Positions 49,015-63,031 of a stretch of DNA of 64,000 bases are shown here, piece after piece (positions within the stretch are counted from its first letter, which is position 1; each line of letters starts with the position of its first letter). This DNA is from the human T2T-CHM13v2.0 reference genome, Homo sapiens, in the NCBI RefSeq assembly GCF_009914755.1, contig NC_060934.1. One strand, 5' to 3'. Under the pieces are notes generated by a model. That model was not told the DNA's origin and ran no database searches. It saw only the letters and a program-made list of their open reading frames with translations. The translations under genes were made by a program, and so were the position numbers.

Positions 49015-49148
49015 ATGCACAACACTCCTCCAGTCTTGTGGGGGCAGCTTTTGGGAAGTCTCAGCAGCTCTTCTGGCTGTGTTGTCAGCACTGTAACTTC
49101 GCAGAAAAGAGTCGGATTACCAAAACACTGCCTGCTCTTCAGACTTAA
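49015..49148 (+). CDS. RET: RET43-specific terminal exon nested in the RET51 3'UTR
   Basis: Pyrimidine-rich tract + cacag|AT; joining to the exon 19 G gives D followed by exactly 43 residues AQHSSSLVGAAFG...TLPALQT-TAA. Confidence 0.85.
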
Positions 49149-49826
49149 AGCACTGATAGGACTTAAAATAGTCTCATTCAAATACTGTATTTTATATAGG
49201 CATTTCACAAAAACAGCAAAATTGTGGCATTTTGTGAGGCCAAGGCTTGGATGCGTGTGTAATAGAGCCTTATGGTGTGTGCGCACACACCCAGAGGGAG
49301 AGTTTGAAAAATGCTTATTGGACACGTAACCTGGCTCTAATTTGGGCTGTTTTTCAGATACACTGTGATAAGTTCTTTTACAAATATCTATAGACATGGT
49401 AAACTTTTGGTTTTCAGATATGCTTAATGATAGTCTTACTAAATGCAGAAATAAGAATAAACTTTCTCAAATTATTAAAAATGCCTACACAGTAAGTGTG
49501 AATTGCTGCAACAGGTTTGTTCTCAGGAGGGTAAGAACTCCAGGTCTAAACAGCTGACCCAGTGATGGGGAATTTATCCTTGACCAATTTATCCTTGACC
49601 AATAACCTAATTGTCTATTCCTGAGTTATAAAAGTCCCCATCCTTATTAGCTCTACTGGAATTTTCATACACGTAAATGCAGAAGTTACTAAGTATTAAG
49701 TATTACTGAGTATTAAGTAGTAATCTGTCAGTTATTAAAATTTGTAAAATCTATTTATGAAAGGTCATTAAACCAGATCATGTTCCTTTTTTTGTAATCA
49801 AGGTGACTAAGAAAATCAGTTGTGTA

Positions 49827-49832
49827 AATAAA
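49827..49832 (+). terminator. Distal RET poly(A) signal
   Basis: AATAAA with TGTA motifs upstream and a T-rich element downstream. Confidence 0.8.
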
Positions 49833-51009
49833 ATCATGTATCATAAAATGTGTAAACTTTTTTTCTTTTTAACATTCTAGTTGGAAACAACAGATTTCTG
49901 ATTTTGTAGTTTCCATACAATATTTAAAACATCACAAAGAATTCTATCATGATAACCACTGAGGCATCAATAGTGGTCGAGGACTAGGGGCTCTGGAGAT
50001 ATCGCTGGCTTATCTGGTACATTTGCGTGTGAATAGGCACATTGATAGAAACTGAAAAACTCAGCTAACTCCACTGTTCAAGGAATCCCTTCCTTAAAAG
50101 TGTCCATCCCTAGAACAAAGCAGCAGCCAGTGTCAAGTTTAGGTCTTCACAGTTCTCTAGCAATTTGCTTGTTGCTGATCTTTTGAAGTTGGCCTTAGAG
50201 CTGTGGGAGACAGAATACAAAATGCCAAGTCCTGAGGAAGGCCATTAGAAGTGTGAGGGAAAATGCTGTCCTGAACCACCATGAAGCCTGACATACTCAC
50301 TACTTCTGTTTATGTCTTCCCCGAGGAATTCTCTGAGCTTCTCATGCCGGGCGTGGAGCTGATGGGTCAGTGGGCAAACGGGAGTTGTTGTCAACATCAG
50401 TCTCATCTGCGATTGCATTGTGTCAGATGCCAACGGCCTGTGTCACACACATACACGTGTGTATACGTGGGCCTTTGCACGCCTCGCCAGGTGGTGTACA
50501 TGCAGGCCTTGGCACGCCTCGCCCAGTGCCCGCCCCAGGCCCATGAGGCCCCGCTTCCCAGCCGTGGGTGTCTGTGTCTGCTCACGGCTTCCTCCTTCAG
50601 CCTGGACCACGGGCTGGAAGTGAACGTAATCTCCAGAGCCAGCTGTTTGCTGTAGCCTTTACCTCTGAAAGTAGAAATCTACGCCAAGAAAAGTTAATGC
50701 TAAAAGCCACCCCTAATGTAGACTCTACATTAGGACTATTTGTGTGTGTATGTTTGCTGTTTTATTTTCCCCTAAAAACACATTTTCTGCCAACCTTCAC
50801 GAAGGATTTCTTCCCACCACGAGGCCAGCTTATGTGGGCAGAAATCTAGTTGAATGTGCCTGAGAACAGGGCTTGAACAAATACTTCATACACAAAAGAA
50901 ATTTTGAAGGGAAAGCATAATTTCTAACATATAAAGAAAGCCTCTCCCGCAGGCAGGTGGAGCAGTTAGCGGTGCCTCTCTCTGCCTCGGGTGCGTTCAC
51001 GCATAGTGT

Positions 51010-51362
51010 CTGGCACACCTTGTTTTATTGCTCTTTGCTTTATTGCGTTTTTCACAAATTGAAGTTTTGTGGCAACGCTGAGTCGTCGAGAAAGTCTATC
51101 AGGGCCATTCTTCCAACAGCCCACACTCACTTCATGTCTCTCTATCAGTACTGTTAAGCAGTAAAGAATCTTTAAACCAAGGTATGTACATTGTTTTTTA
51201 GACATAGTTCTGTCACACACTTAACAGACTCCAGTACAGTGTAAAGTGTAACTTTTATATGCACTGGGAAACCAAGAGACTTGTGTGGCTCACTTATTTG
51301 GGATCTTCAATCTTCTTTGCTTTACCGGGGTGGTCTGGAACAGTATCTCTGAGGTTCGCCTG
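51010..51362 (+). mobile_element. Internally deleted Tigger1-like DNA transposon with both ends
   Basis: 5' end ctggcacaccttgttttattgc...caaattgaagttttgtggcaac; 3' end tatatgcactgggaaaccaa...tatctctgaggttcgcctg. Confidence 0.8.
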
Positions 51363-52819
51363 TGTTTAGTGGTCCTCACAACTGGGGGGTGGTTCTAGGA
51401 AGTCCTAGGGAATCCTAACCTCTGTGGCCCTGAAAAAGCAGAAAGGTGGGTCTTCAGGGTGCATGCAGCAGTGTGCGTGGCCCCACACGTCTTCCACATG
51501 AAGATGCTCCAGGTGCAAGTCCTAGGCTTGTGCGCCTGCAGGGAAAGCACCCTCTCTGCCAGGGCTCCTGCTGTGGCCCTGTCCCTTCTCCATGGCAGCA
51601 GCCTTGACCGAAACTGTGTAGAGTCTCCCACCTCTTCAGGGAGCTGGGACTCAGGAAGGATCATCTTAGCTGAGGTCATAAGAACCTGCATGTAGAGAAC
51701 TTTTCAGCGTGGGGCCACTACTGTGTCCTGCTGCTGAGGCCAGGTAGTGGCCGTCTGAGGGCTGCAAGGGCAGGCTGCTCCCAGGAGTTAAGGAGGCAAA
51801 CACTCTGAACACCCTGGAGAAATCACAGTTTATCTTTGCAACTACAAATTTGAGTGCTGTGTCAAGTGACCAGGTATTTTTGCAGATGTCTCTGAGGTGT
51901 TAAATCACAGGACCTGGCCAAGCAAGATCTCTCAGCTGGACCCCGGGCAGGGGATCCTTTATGGGGGCACATCTCACTGTGGGGGCTGCAGAAATGTGAA
52001 GGTCATCATGGAGGGAGCTTGCGGTCTGAAACTACCCCAGCCACTGTGACTACCACACTGGGAGAGATCATAGACCTGCATCCTCTCAGATGACACTGAG
52101 CAGTTCAAGCTAAAAATGTGCTGGTAAGCAAGGTAAGTGAATTCTAAAGCTAAAAAAAATCATTTTTCATTTTCTGAGAAGGAAACAAGTTTGATATTTC
52201 ATACACAGACAATATTTACCATGCAGACTGTCAATTTCTTGAATAAAAATATGAAATTCATTTAAAACATTCAAGTTTTTGTGTATTTTTCTCAATGTAT
52301 TAACAGAAGAGCAACCTGTTTCTTGGCTGCTCGATTGTCTCACCTGCACATCAATCCTTTTCTATACTCTCCCATGGAAGAAGGGGTCTCCAGGGGCAAG
52401 AGACTTTGGTCAGAGGACTGCAGGGAGCCAGGCAGCACCCATGTCTTGGAGCCTCCCCTCTCCCTAGGGCGTGTGCCTTGCTCCATATTTTGTGCCTTTC
52501 TTCTGGGAGTTTTCAAGAGCTTGAGAATTTTCCTGGAGACTCTGGCCACAGGGCCTGAAGCTCTTAGATTGCTCAGAACCCCATGGTAAAGGAGCACACT
52601 GAGGGTTTGGGGGACTTCAGTGTCTGGGAAGAAAAGTAAGATCATAGCAAATGATTTCTAAAAATAAGAATGACACCAAGGATGGAAGAGCTGTAGTGTC
52701 TCACAAGACAGTCACTGGAAAAAGTAGAGGAAGTGTGGTTGGACACTATTTTTAAAGAGATATTCACACAATTACCTCTAATCTTTAACTTTGTAGAAAT
52801 AAGCAAAGGCTACCCATAT

Positions 52820-55800
52820 GAGAACCCACAGGAGCCACTGGTTCTGAACTTGCTATAGCAAGAGAGTCAGCCAGGATCACTTACTTTTGGCAGACACTCA
52901 AAAGCAGGCAGAGGAGTGGGAAAGCCTTATAGTAAAAAATAAAAGGTGGGGAGGGTGAGGAGAAGCCTTCAGGGATGCTGTGATTGGGGCTTGTTGGCCT
53001 GGGGAAGCTGGAGGCAGCTAACCAGGAGGAGGGCCTCTTATGTGATTGGTTTGGGGGACACAGGTGGCTTTCTCTGTTTAGTTCAGTGGGCAAAAAATAG
53101 GGAAGCTTGCAGTTCCTGACCAAGTCCTAACCATTCTGGGATAATTGTTACAGAGGCTGTGGTTTGGCTTCCTGGCTAGTTCTGCAGAGAATCTGATTCA
53201 AATCCTCTGGCCGTATGTGGTCTGGCCATTGTCTGTTTGCATGTTCAGTCTCTTAGTCCCCCTTGTCGGTCATTTTCTTGTTTGTAAAAGGTTGGCCAAC
53301 TCAAGGAAGTCTAGAGATCCAGCTCTTCACTGCTCAGAGATTATTCAGTTGTCTCTCTGGTCAACCGTATTGTGAGATCTTGATCCTTCTGTTGTTATAG
53401 CATCACAGTGCTCATTTGACAAGAATGGGATGCAGTGGAACAACATCAGGACCACTATGACAGAAACAAGAGCAACTGTCCCTGTGAGACGCTTTGAACG
53501 CAAACCTCAGCTGACCAATGCAGGCCAAGAGCAAATCCCATATAGGCCATGAGGATCAACCTTAGAAAGCCAAATAGCTTTTGCCTCAAGGTGATGTGTG
53601 ACCTGTTCTACCTTCTCTTGTTTCACTGATCCAGATGCAGTATTAGCAGTGGCAGAGGCCATCACCAACCAACAAGAAATCTACAGCAATGAGACTGTCC
53701 ATCACTACTCATGCCAATGAGTTGAGACTGATAGGTGCCCCATCTAGGGAAGAAGGGGCATTGCTAATGACTTCTGCCAGGGTTAATGATAAGTTTATGA
53801 CAACAGGATTCCCACAGATGAGAACATTGCTCTGATTGTTTGCATAAACAATGAGTCAGTAACTCCCCAGTTAGAGTGCTGAATAACCAAGGGTGATGTT
53901 ACGGTTTTTGCAGTTTTACACCAACCGGTTTGTGGTAAATCGTTACAGCAACCCTAGGAAAACCAACGCACCATTTCTATGTATGGTTAATGCATGGCAG
54001 GTGTTTAAAGGTATTGCAGGATATTGGTGCTTTTCCTTTCCCCAGTGCACCTCATTGATCTCAAGTGAGGGATTTTTCTTTTTGTCTTGATTTTTGTTTT
54101 CTAAGTTGAACAATCTTTTTTTCTCAGTGTCCTTTCTGTATACAGTATCTATAAGTGCCCTTGTCAGTAGCTGACTGGTTGGGGAGGGGCTACCCAGCTG
54201 TTTGATCAGCAGGGCCACAAGTTAATTTTAGGTCCTGTCTTATTTTTGTTCTAAAGCACTTTTAAAATGTCTGCCAGGTGTTGTAGTTCAGGTTAAGGGG
54301 CTATTTCCCATTCTCATTTCTGTTTTTGATTAGGTCTCCGATTTCAGATTTAGCTCCTTGACAACAAGCAATGAAAGGGCCACTTTCTAGACTCCCAAAT
54401 GATACAATGTATTTTCTAGCCTATCCCAAAAAAAACTCCTGCAGGTCCTTTTGTTTGTTTGTTTGTTTTTGCATGACAAGGGATTATGGTCTAATCTTTT
54501 TGGTGGGGGGAATGTTTGAGATATGGCTTTTAGAAGACTTTGCCCTATGTTTTGAGCCTCTTTGTTAACTCTTCAGTTTTATTGTGGACAGTGGGATCCT
54601 AGGATCCCTTTTGGGGGAGTCTAGTCAACTTTTGCCATTCAGGATTTAGCATGCAAGGTTCTGGTCAATGTGTACAAGTTGATATGGGTTAGGTAACACT
54701 GGGTCACATGCTTCCCCCCGCCGCTTTGCGATAGGGTCTTGCTCTGCCACCAAGGCTAGAGTGCCGTGGTGCAATCATGGCTCACTGCAGCCTCAACCTC
54801 CTGGGCGCAAGTGATCCTCCCATCTAGCCTCTTGAGTAGCTAGGACTACAGGCACACACCACCATGCCTGGGTTTTTTTTTCCATAGAGATGGAGATCTC
54901 ACTATGTTGCTCATGCTGGTCTAACTTGTAGGCTCAGGCAGTCCTCACTGATTCACCTTCCAAAATGATGGGATTACAGGTGTGAGCCATAGTGCCTGAC
55001 CAAAGTATTCTTAATTATTTTATGCATAGTTGCTGATCTTGCCTGGGTTTGGGGAAATCCTTAATTATGGTTATTAATTTAGCTTGGGTCTAAGGTTTAA
55101 ATTCCACAGTTGTCTGTATATGGGGCTCATGGAGGAATAGGCCTTCAGAGAGGCAGCTGGCATCCTGGGGTCATAGGAGGGTTGTTGTGAAAGGGCAGGG
55201 ATCTGGACAAGAGGAAGAGAAGTGTGGACAGATGTGTGGAAGGGAAGAGATCAGAAGGATAAGGGGGAGAAGAGGGAGAGCTGTATTAGGGAAGCAAATG
55301 GATGATAAGCAGAAGGATTTACTAGGAAAATGAGTCTAGGTTGTTGCTGCTTAAGTTTGCCAAATCGCTCATCAGCTTTAGCCAGAGTCTTTCAGGGAAG
55401 CACTTTTTGAATCAGAATATCATTTGGAGACCTCTGACTACCAATCAAAAAAGGCTGCTCATTGGGCCTAAGAAATCTTATTCTCTTTCGTTTCTAAGGC
55501 ATCTCTCAAATGAGCAATTTTGTTCAAGTTAGATGTTCTCCAAATAAGATCTTCACCAAATCAACCTTGGTGAAGTTAATGCTTTTCAGAGATGGGCGTA
55601 AGGATTAGAATTGTTAGAGAGTATATGTAAGAAGCAGGAGTTTTTTCTGGAGGAGGAGATTTAAACTTAGACAACACCATGAATGCTGGCTGGTGAGGCT
55701 GGCGAGAAATGGAATGTTTGTGTCTCTCAGGACATGAAAGCGAGATGGAAGGAGAACCTCATTCAGTTTTACTGGAAACCCACAGCAAAGTTTCTCCAAG

Positions 55801-56340
55801 TAGAGGCCGGTGTGATGAGAACTGCTAAATCATGAGCTGCGAGGCTGGCTCAAACAAGAGGCTTATGAGCCCCATGCCTGTGTCCTTTCCTACGGTTTTC
55901 CTTCTTATGACAAGCAGCACTTTTTGACAGCACAACACTAAACACTAACACAAAATACAGTGAAAAGGGATAAAAAGAATGGCCTGATTCCACTAGAGAT
56001 GCCAGACAAATGAGAATCAATAACAAAACCAGAGTACCAAACTGAGAATAAATAGCCAGAGACCTCCACGCAGAGTGAGGTGAGCCCTAGTGCTGACCAC
56101 ATCGGCGCACCTGATAGGCCGAGAACATGGAGGCATGAGGGGCCTCTGGGTGGCACAATGGGTGGAAGCCTGGGGACCTCAGGGACAAGCAGTACAGACT
56201 TACCATGGGATCACCAGGAAAACTGTGGAAACCAGCAAAGGCTATTTATTCACAACTTGCTATAGCAGGGGAATCAGCCAGCATCACTTACTTTTGGTAG
56301 AAATTTAAAAGGCCCGAAAGAGATGGGAAACTTTTATTGT
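52820..56340 (-). mobile_element. Decayed ERV provirus remnant (LTR - internal - partial LTR)
   Basis: aacttgctatagca.g.ga.tcagcca..atcacttacttttgg occurs twice (near 52848 and 56253); PPT-like tccccctt near 53258; PBS-side tgtgg boundary at 56224; no intact ORF. Confidence 0.6.
54725..55002 (-). mobile_element. Alu (J-like)
   Basis: Diverged antisense Alu. Confidence 0.9.
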
Positions 56341-56641
56341 TTTGTTTTGTTTAAGTATCAGATTGGAAATTATTGGCAGGAAATGTTTTTAATTACATTT
56401 TTCTGATATTAAACCCAACACAGTTGTACTTTAATATTTTCCCTAGGAGAACTACTTATTTTACAACTATATCCCAGTGTATCACCCATGATCAGCCACA
56501 TAATTTGAATCATGCATTATCTTCTCTCCACATTCAAATTACATACATTTAGTATTTGGCTACTTAAAAAAAAATCATTAAAAAGTAACAATTTAAATCC
56601 ATTGATGGGAGAACCTCAGTTAGTTTCAAAACAACAATTCT

Positions 56642-57000
<359 letters not shown>

Positions 57001-57019
57001 CTAACCCTGACCCTGCGGC

Positions 57020-58260
57020 TTCAGTCTCCCCGCCGCTAGCTGAGGGCCGTGGCCGCTGCACAGAGGCTTGTGAGGATTCGGGGGTTCAGGCAGCGCCCGC
57101 CGCGCATCTGCCAGACGTGCGGCCACAGGGTAGGAGCAGTAAGAAGGATCCAGGGAAAAAAGTCCACGAATGAGAAAGGAAACCCAGCGTTTGTAGGGCT
57201 AGGAGAACAAAGAAAGAAAATGCTGGCGGCGGAGGGCGAGGCTCTGCGGTGCGTGGCAGATGGGAATTTGCTCGGTGGCGGCTCCTCTTTCTGGAGGGCT
57301 TCCCAGCGTCCCCTCCCCCGCCAGCCCGCGGTGACGCGCCCGGCACCCACCACAGCCGGCTCTCGGCGCCGTCGCGCCTTCGCTCGCCCGCTTAGGCCGT
57401 GCTCGCGGTGGCGTGGGAGACAGAGAGCCCAGGGAGGACCCTGGAACATGCAGTGGTATGGAAGACGCCTAAGAAAGGGCTTCTCTTTCCACTCACGAAA
57501 ATCAGTGTGTGAGCTCGAAGCCATTTCCCAGCGTGTCCGCCTCAACTCCCTCATTCAACAGATGAGGAATTCCTCCAGGGAAATGGAGTGATGCGCTCAC
57601 GGCTGCCGGCGGCCCAGCGCCAAGGGGCGCTCCACAGCCCCGCGACCCGAAGCCCTCGACTCGGCTGCCACGCAGGCCCCGCGGCCCCGCTCGGACTCCC
57701 AGGATCGGCTTCCGAGCGGGACAGCGCTGCAGTCCACGAGTCCGGGCAGGGGCGCCTCCAGGCCGGAGCGGTTTCCTGCCTCGGGCACTCTGCTGTCTCC
57801 ACAAACGGTTTTTGGAGGCACACACACGGATACTTTAAACACGTCGGTGATGAATCGGTACCCAGCTGCCAGTGGCGGAGCTTCCTGGGCGGGGCCGCGG
57901 GCGCGCGGCGGCTTCATTTCCTCGCGCGCGCCGGAAGTGGCCTCTCAGGCGCGGCGGCGCGCCCGGGGGTGGGTGGCTGAGGCGGCGGCGGGCCCAAGGC
58001 GTGAGGCGCCGCCCGGGTGTCCCCGCGGCGCAGGAGGCGGTGGAGCGCAGAGCGGGCGAGCGCGGTGAGTACCTGGCCCGGCCTCGCCCGCCGGTCCGCG
58101 ACTCCCGCCGGCTCCGGCCCGGGCGGTGCGGGCGCCGGGGCTGCGGGCTCCTGTGTGGTCGGGTGGGGTCGCCTAGCGGACCGGTCCTGCGGGGGGCCCT
58201 GTCTCTCAGGGATGAGCCTGCCGGAGTCGGCACCGGTTTTAGGGAAAGCGCGGCCAGAGA
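57020..58260. promoter_or_regulatory. CpG-island promoter of CSGALNACT2, likely bidirectional
   Basis: Very CpG-rich; GC box gggcgggg 57887-57894; ETS/GABPA site CCGGAAGTG 57931-57939; no TATA box seen. Confidence 0.85.
57945..58064 (+). other. CSGALNACT2: Non-coding exon 1 (5'UTR) of CSGALNACT2; the rest of the window is its intron 1
   Basis: Consensus donor gcg|GTGAGT at 58064/58065 inside the CpG island; identity rests on known synteny 3' of RET, with no coding exon in the window; TSS approximate. Confidence 0.75.
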
Positions 58261-59410
58261 CGATTGGTTCGCTTGTCAGTGTTGGGTTTTGTTTTGTTTC
58301 GTTTTGTTTTTACCTATTCATCACCATCTCTGCTCCTCTCAGTGGATAAACTTTTTAATCAGTGGTGACCTCGTCATCGCGTTAAAATAGTTCTGCCCTC
58401 AGCCCCTCTTTATCTGTAGATGGCAGAGCGAGCGCCGGTAAAGATGCTCTGTCGTGGAGGGCTCAGTGGGGCGGAGGAGATGGGGAGCCTCTGGCGTTGT
58501 CGGAGAATGCACCTTAAAAATGACTCTACCCTTGAGCAACGCAGGAAGCACGACAGTGATACTTCTGTTTGTGATGATGGTATTGGCGGTATGATAGTTT
58601 GATTATACATCTGAAGCTTCTCTTCCTGAGTCCTTGGCTTGTTAAACTTGGAGGTATTTTCTAGCGTGCTTTTGAGATAGATATGGGATGTCGTGACGTT
58701 TCACCGTCATTCAAGGCTCGCGGGAGCAGGGCCTTCATGTCTGGTAATTAATGTTGTTTTTTGAATGTTGTATTAAAATAGTAGCTTCGATCTTGGAAGT
58801 AAGAAGCCAAGTATTTTAGGACTGAGTGTTAGCGTTCATTTTGTATTATTGTTCTTGTACCATTTGTTTAAAGTTGTCATGTAACTAAAAGAATGAAAAA
58901 AGATGGATTTCCAGTATTTGTGGCTCAGAGGATTTTGGCCTAAATAAACACAGTTCCAACCAGTTTAGAAGCTGCATTTTTCTCTTTGTTTTTGTCGAGG
59001 CATAAAATACATATGAAATCAATAAGAGCACGAATCTTAATTGTACAGCTCAATGAATTTTTACATACTTATTACCCTGTGGAACCACCAGATATATCAA
59101 ATTATAACCATAGAACATTTCCATCATCCTATTTTCCTGTGCTTCTTCCAAGTCAGTTATATCCTTGTTTTCCCATCTGTATTCTAACTTCTCTTATCTG
59201 CTTTTAGTTTTCTCTGTTTTGAGCTTCATGTTAATGGAATCACGTAGTATTCTCAGCATATTGTTTGTGGGACACACCCATGCTATTTCATGGTATTGTA
59301 TTATTACTGTGTAATAGTCTATTGAATAATATGTGACTACTCTTCAGTTGATGGACATTTATGTTCCCAATTTTTGTATATGATGTGTTTTGGATATTAA
59401 GAATACTGTG

Positions 59411-59690
59411 GGCCTGGCGTGGTGGCTCAGGCCTTTTATCCCAGCGCTTGGGGAGGCCGAGGCAGGTGGATCACTTGGTCAGGAGTTCGAGACCAGCCTG
59501 GCAAACATGGTGAAACCGCATCTCTACTAAAAATACAAAAATTAGCCAGGCGTGGTGGCGGGCGCCTGTAAGCCCAGCTACTTGGGAGGCTGAGGCGGGA
59601 GGTGGAGGTTGCAGTGAGCCGAGATCGTGCCACTGCACTCCAGCCTGGACGACAGAGCCTGACTCGGTCTCAAAAAGAAAAGAAAAAAAA
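59411..59690 (+). mobile_element. Alu (S-type) with a short right-arm deletion, within an old L1-like fragment
   Basis: TSD aagaatactgtg / aagagtactgtg. Confidence 0.93.
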
Positions 59691-60593
59691 AAGAGTACTG
59701 TGGACATTCTTGTAAATTAAATGTCTTGGTGAGCATCTGTATGCATTTCTGTCAGCTATAGAATGACTGAGTCATGGCATAAGCAGAAAATTACCAACAT
59801 GGAGTCATTACCAACCATACCATTACCAACCAAAGGCAGAAAATTTAACCAACATGGAGTCATCTTTTTTTTAATGTAATAGAATTTGTTATTTTAACTA
59901 ATATAACATTCAAGGTTGGTTTTAAAAAAGCATAACTATTATGAGTTCAAGACGTAAGTGATTCATTCATTACCATGTTATTATTTACCCTTTGAATTGC
60001 ACATTTATGACTGTCTTCTGTCGGACTGTCATTGTTTGTTTAACTGTTAGACAAGTCTGTTAGAGCTGGTGAGGATCTGACTCTGAAGTTTAGCATAACA
60101 TTTACTTAAGAACTGTATTACTCAAGTTAGTGGTTTTTTAGAGGAAATGAAATACCAAAAGGATATGACTGAAAGTGGATTGAAGAATCACGGGACTGCA
60201 AGTCAAAGAACTTACATTGTTATTGTCATGCTACACAAGCACTAGGTATAAGTGTAAAATTGAATTATAGGGCTAGTTACAAATGTGAATTCACAGCAGG
60301 AGTACAGTGATTTTCATATGGACTGAGATACTACTAGCACATTTATAATGTGAACACACAACAAAAATCACTAAACATTTGTGGGAAATCGGTAGCATCT
60401 AAGAGAAGCTTCAGACCAAACAAATACAGAACTAGGCACTGAAGCAGTGGAGCTAATGTAAGACAAAAGAAAGCTTTAAAGTAAGTATTAGTATCTTCAA
60501 ATTTGTTAAGGTATTATGCCTACTGAACACATACAGGCTGCCATGAAAAAAAGCAATTGATTCTTGAATATTTAAACATGGAAAGTAGGAAAG

Positions 60594-61150
<557 letters not shown>

Positions 61151-61598
61151 GTGGGAAAGACTACCCATGACATGCAAAGTAGATCTAGAAGAGTCAATAT
61201 ACATCTAATAGGAGTTCCAGGAGGCATTAGAAATAGGAAAAGAAGAAATAACCACAGAGATAACAGAGATCGCGAAGGTAGGAGTGTCCAGGCACAGTCT
61301 TGGGCATCCTGAGCCAGGGAGAAATAAGTATCAGAGGACAAAGGACTGGCAAATATAGATCAACCCTTCCCTCTCTGGTCTGTTTCTTTGTCTGTACAGT
61401 GGGGACGAACAAGAAGTATGCCTTTTCTGAGAGCTTATGGAAAGATGTGTTAGGTTTGCTGACTGTTCCCCACTCTTCTTCCCTACCAGCTCACAGAAGG
61501 GATTGGGGTTGTGTGCCCTTATATGTTGTTTAACCTTTTTATTACATGTATTTATTTTGTGAAATTTTTAAAGTGTAAAAATTTTTTAGAAGTTAAAG

Positions 61599-62200
61599 CA
61601 GGGGTTGCCAGTATGGCTGGCTGCCTGTTTTAGTATAGCCTGTGATCTAAGACTGGCTTTAACACTTTTTATTTTTTTTATTTTGTATTTATTTATTTGT
61701 TTATTTATTTATTTATTTATTTTTGAGACAGAGTCTCACTCTGTTGCCCAGGCTGGAGTGCAGTGGCGTGATCTTGGCTCACTGCAACCTCTGTTTCCTG
61801 GGTTCAAGTGATTCTCCTGCCTCGGCTTCCTGAGTAGCTGGGATTACAGGTGCATGCCACCATGCCCGGCTAATTTTTAGTAGAGACGGGGTTTCACCGT
61901 GTTCCTCAGGCTGGTCTTGAACTCCTGACCTCGTGATCTGCCTGCCTCAGCCTCCCAAAGTGCTGGGATTACACGCATGAGCCACCGTGCCCAGCCCTAT
62001 ACTTTCTAATGCTTTGGGGAGAAAAAGAAAATAATGCTTCATGACCCATGAAAATTATATGAAGTTCAAATTTCAGTGTCCCTTGGAACACAACTATACT
62101 CATTCACTTACATATCATCTGTGACTGCTTTTGTGCTGCAAAGGCAGAATCAACTGGTTGTGACATTTACTGTCTGACCTAAAATATTTGCTGATTCCTG
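61599..62200. mobile_element. MER58-like hAT element interrupted by an antisense Alu (about 61680-61996)
   Basis: caggggttg...ctgattcctg termini; the Alu has a (TTTA)n tail. Confidence 0.6.
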
Positions 62201-62449
62201 GTTTAGAGGTCAGAAATGGACTTATGCATATATAGGAATTTTGCTAATGATAAAGATGGCATTTCAAACTAGTGACAAGAGCATGGATTGCATGGTAAAT
62301 GGCAAGAATTAGCTATCTATTTGAGGGAAAAATTACTTTTATTAGGATTACTTCAGGTAGGGAAGCTAAAATCAAGAAATAGGAAAAGATTGATAGATTT
62401 GAGTCTATTACCACCACCACCACCACCAACAAAACTTTGCTTAATAGGA

Positions 62450-62660
62450 AATAATATCTAACAGTTACTGAGCACTTATGCTTGTCATGTTTTACTTGAA
62501 TAAGTGTTATAATTATACTCTAAGGTAGGTTCTGTAATTATTCCCACTTAACAGAGGAGGAAACTGAAGTTTACATATATTATGGAATTTGTCTGTAATG
62601 AAGAGTAGAAAACCATGATGCAGATCTTTGAATTCAGGCCATCTGGCTCCCAAGCCTATT
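62450..62660 (-). mobile_element. MIR
   Basis: ttactgagcacttatg...taacagaggaggaaactgaag...tgaattcaggccatctggctcc. Confidence 0.65.
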
Positions 62661-62987
62661 GTGGACAAGACAAACTGAGAAAAAATATTTGCAACATGGT
62701 AACACCATTTTGTAGGTACTATCTACATCAGCACATAAAGATGTACCTAATTCCTTTAAAATATTCTGTTGTATAAATGTCTTCAGTTAATTTAACCTTT
62801 CCTCTATTGATGAACATTAAGTTGCTTATAATTTTATTTTGCTGTTACGTGTAACACTGATAAACATCCTATGTATGTGACTTTATATAGTAGTATGGAT
62901 ACTTCTGTAGTATAGAATCAGGAAAGTGGAATTGTGAATTGCTGGATTAAACGGCCTGTGCATTTAAATCAAGTTTGCTCTCCAAAA

Positions 62988-62988
<1 letters not shown>

Positions 62989-63030
<42 letters not shown>
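62989..63030. repeat. (TG)21 microsatellite
   Basis: Uninterrupted TG run. Confidence 0.98.

Positions 63031-63031
<1 letters not shown>

Larger units (their letters stand above)
47767..49850 (+). other. RET: RET51 3'UTR
   Basis: Follows the exon 20 stop; AATAAA at 49456-49461 and 49827-49832, ATTAAA at 49474 and 49734; T-rich tract after 49855; 3' end approximate. Confidence 0.85.

Noticed and set aside
57615-57633. CTCF-like motif gcgccaaggggcgct
   Set aside because: Two core mismatches in very GC-rich sequence; not distinguishable from chance without ChIP data
57036-58390. Overlapping Arg/Gly/Pro-rich ORFs
   Set aside because: Expected stop depletion in a CpG island; no glycosyltransferase-like sequence, and CSGALNACT2 coding exons lie beyond the window
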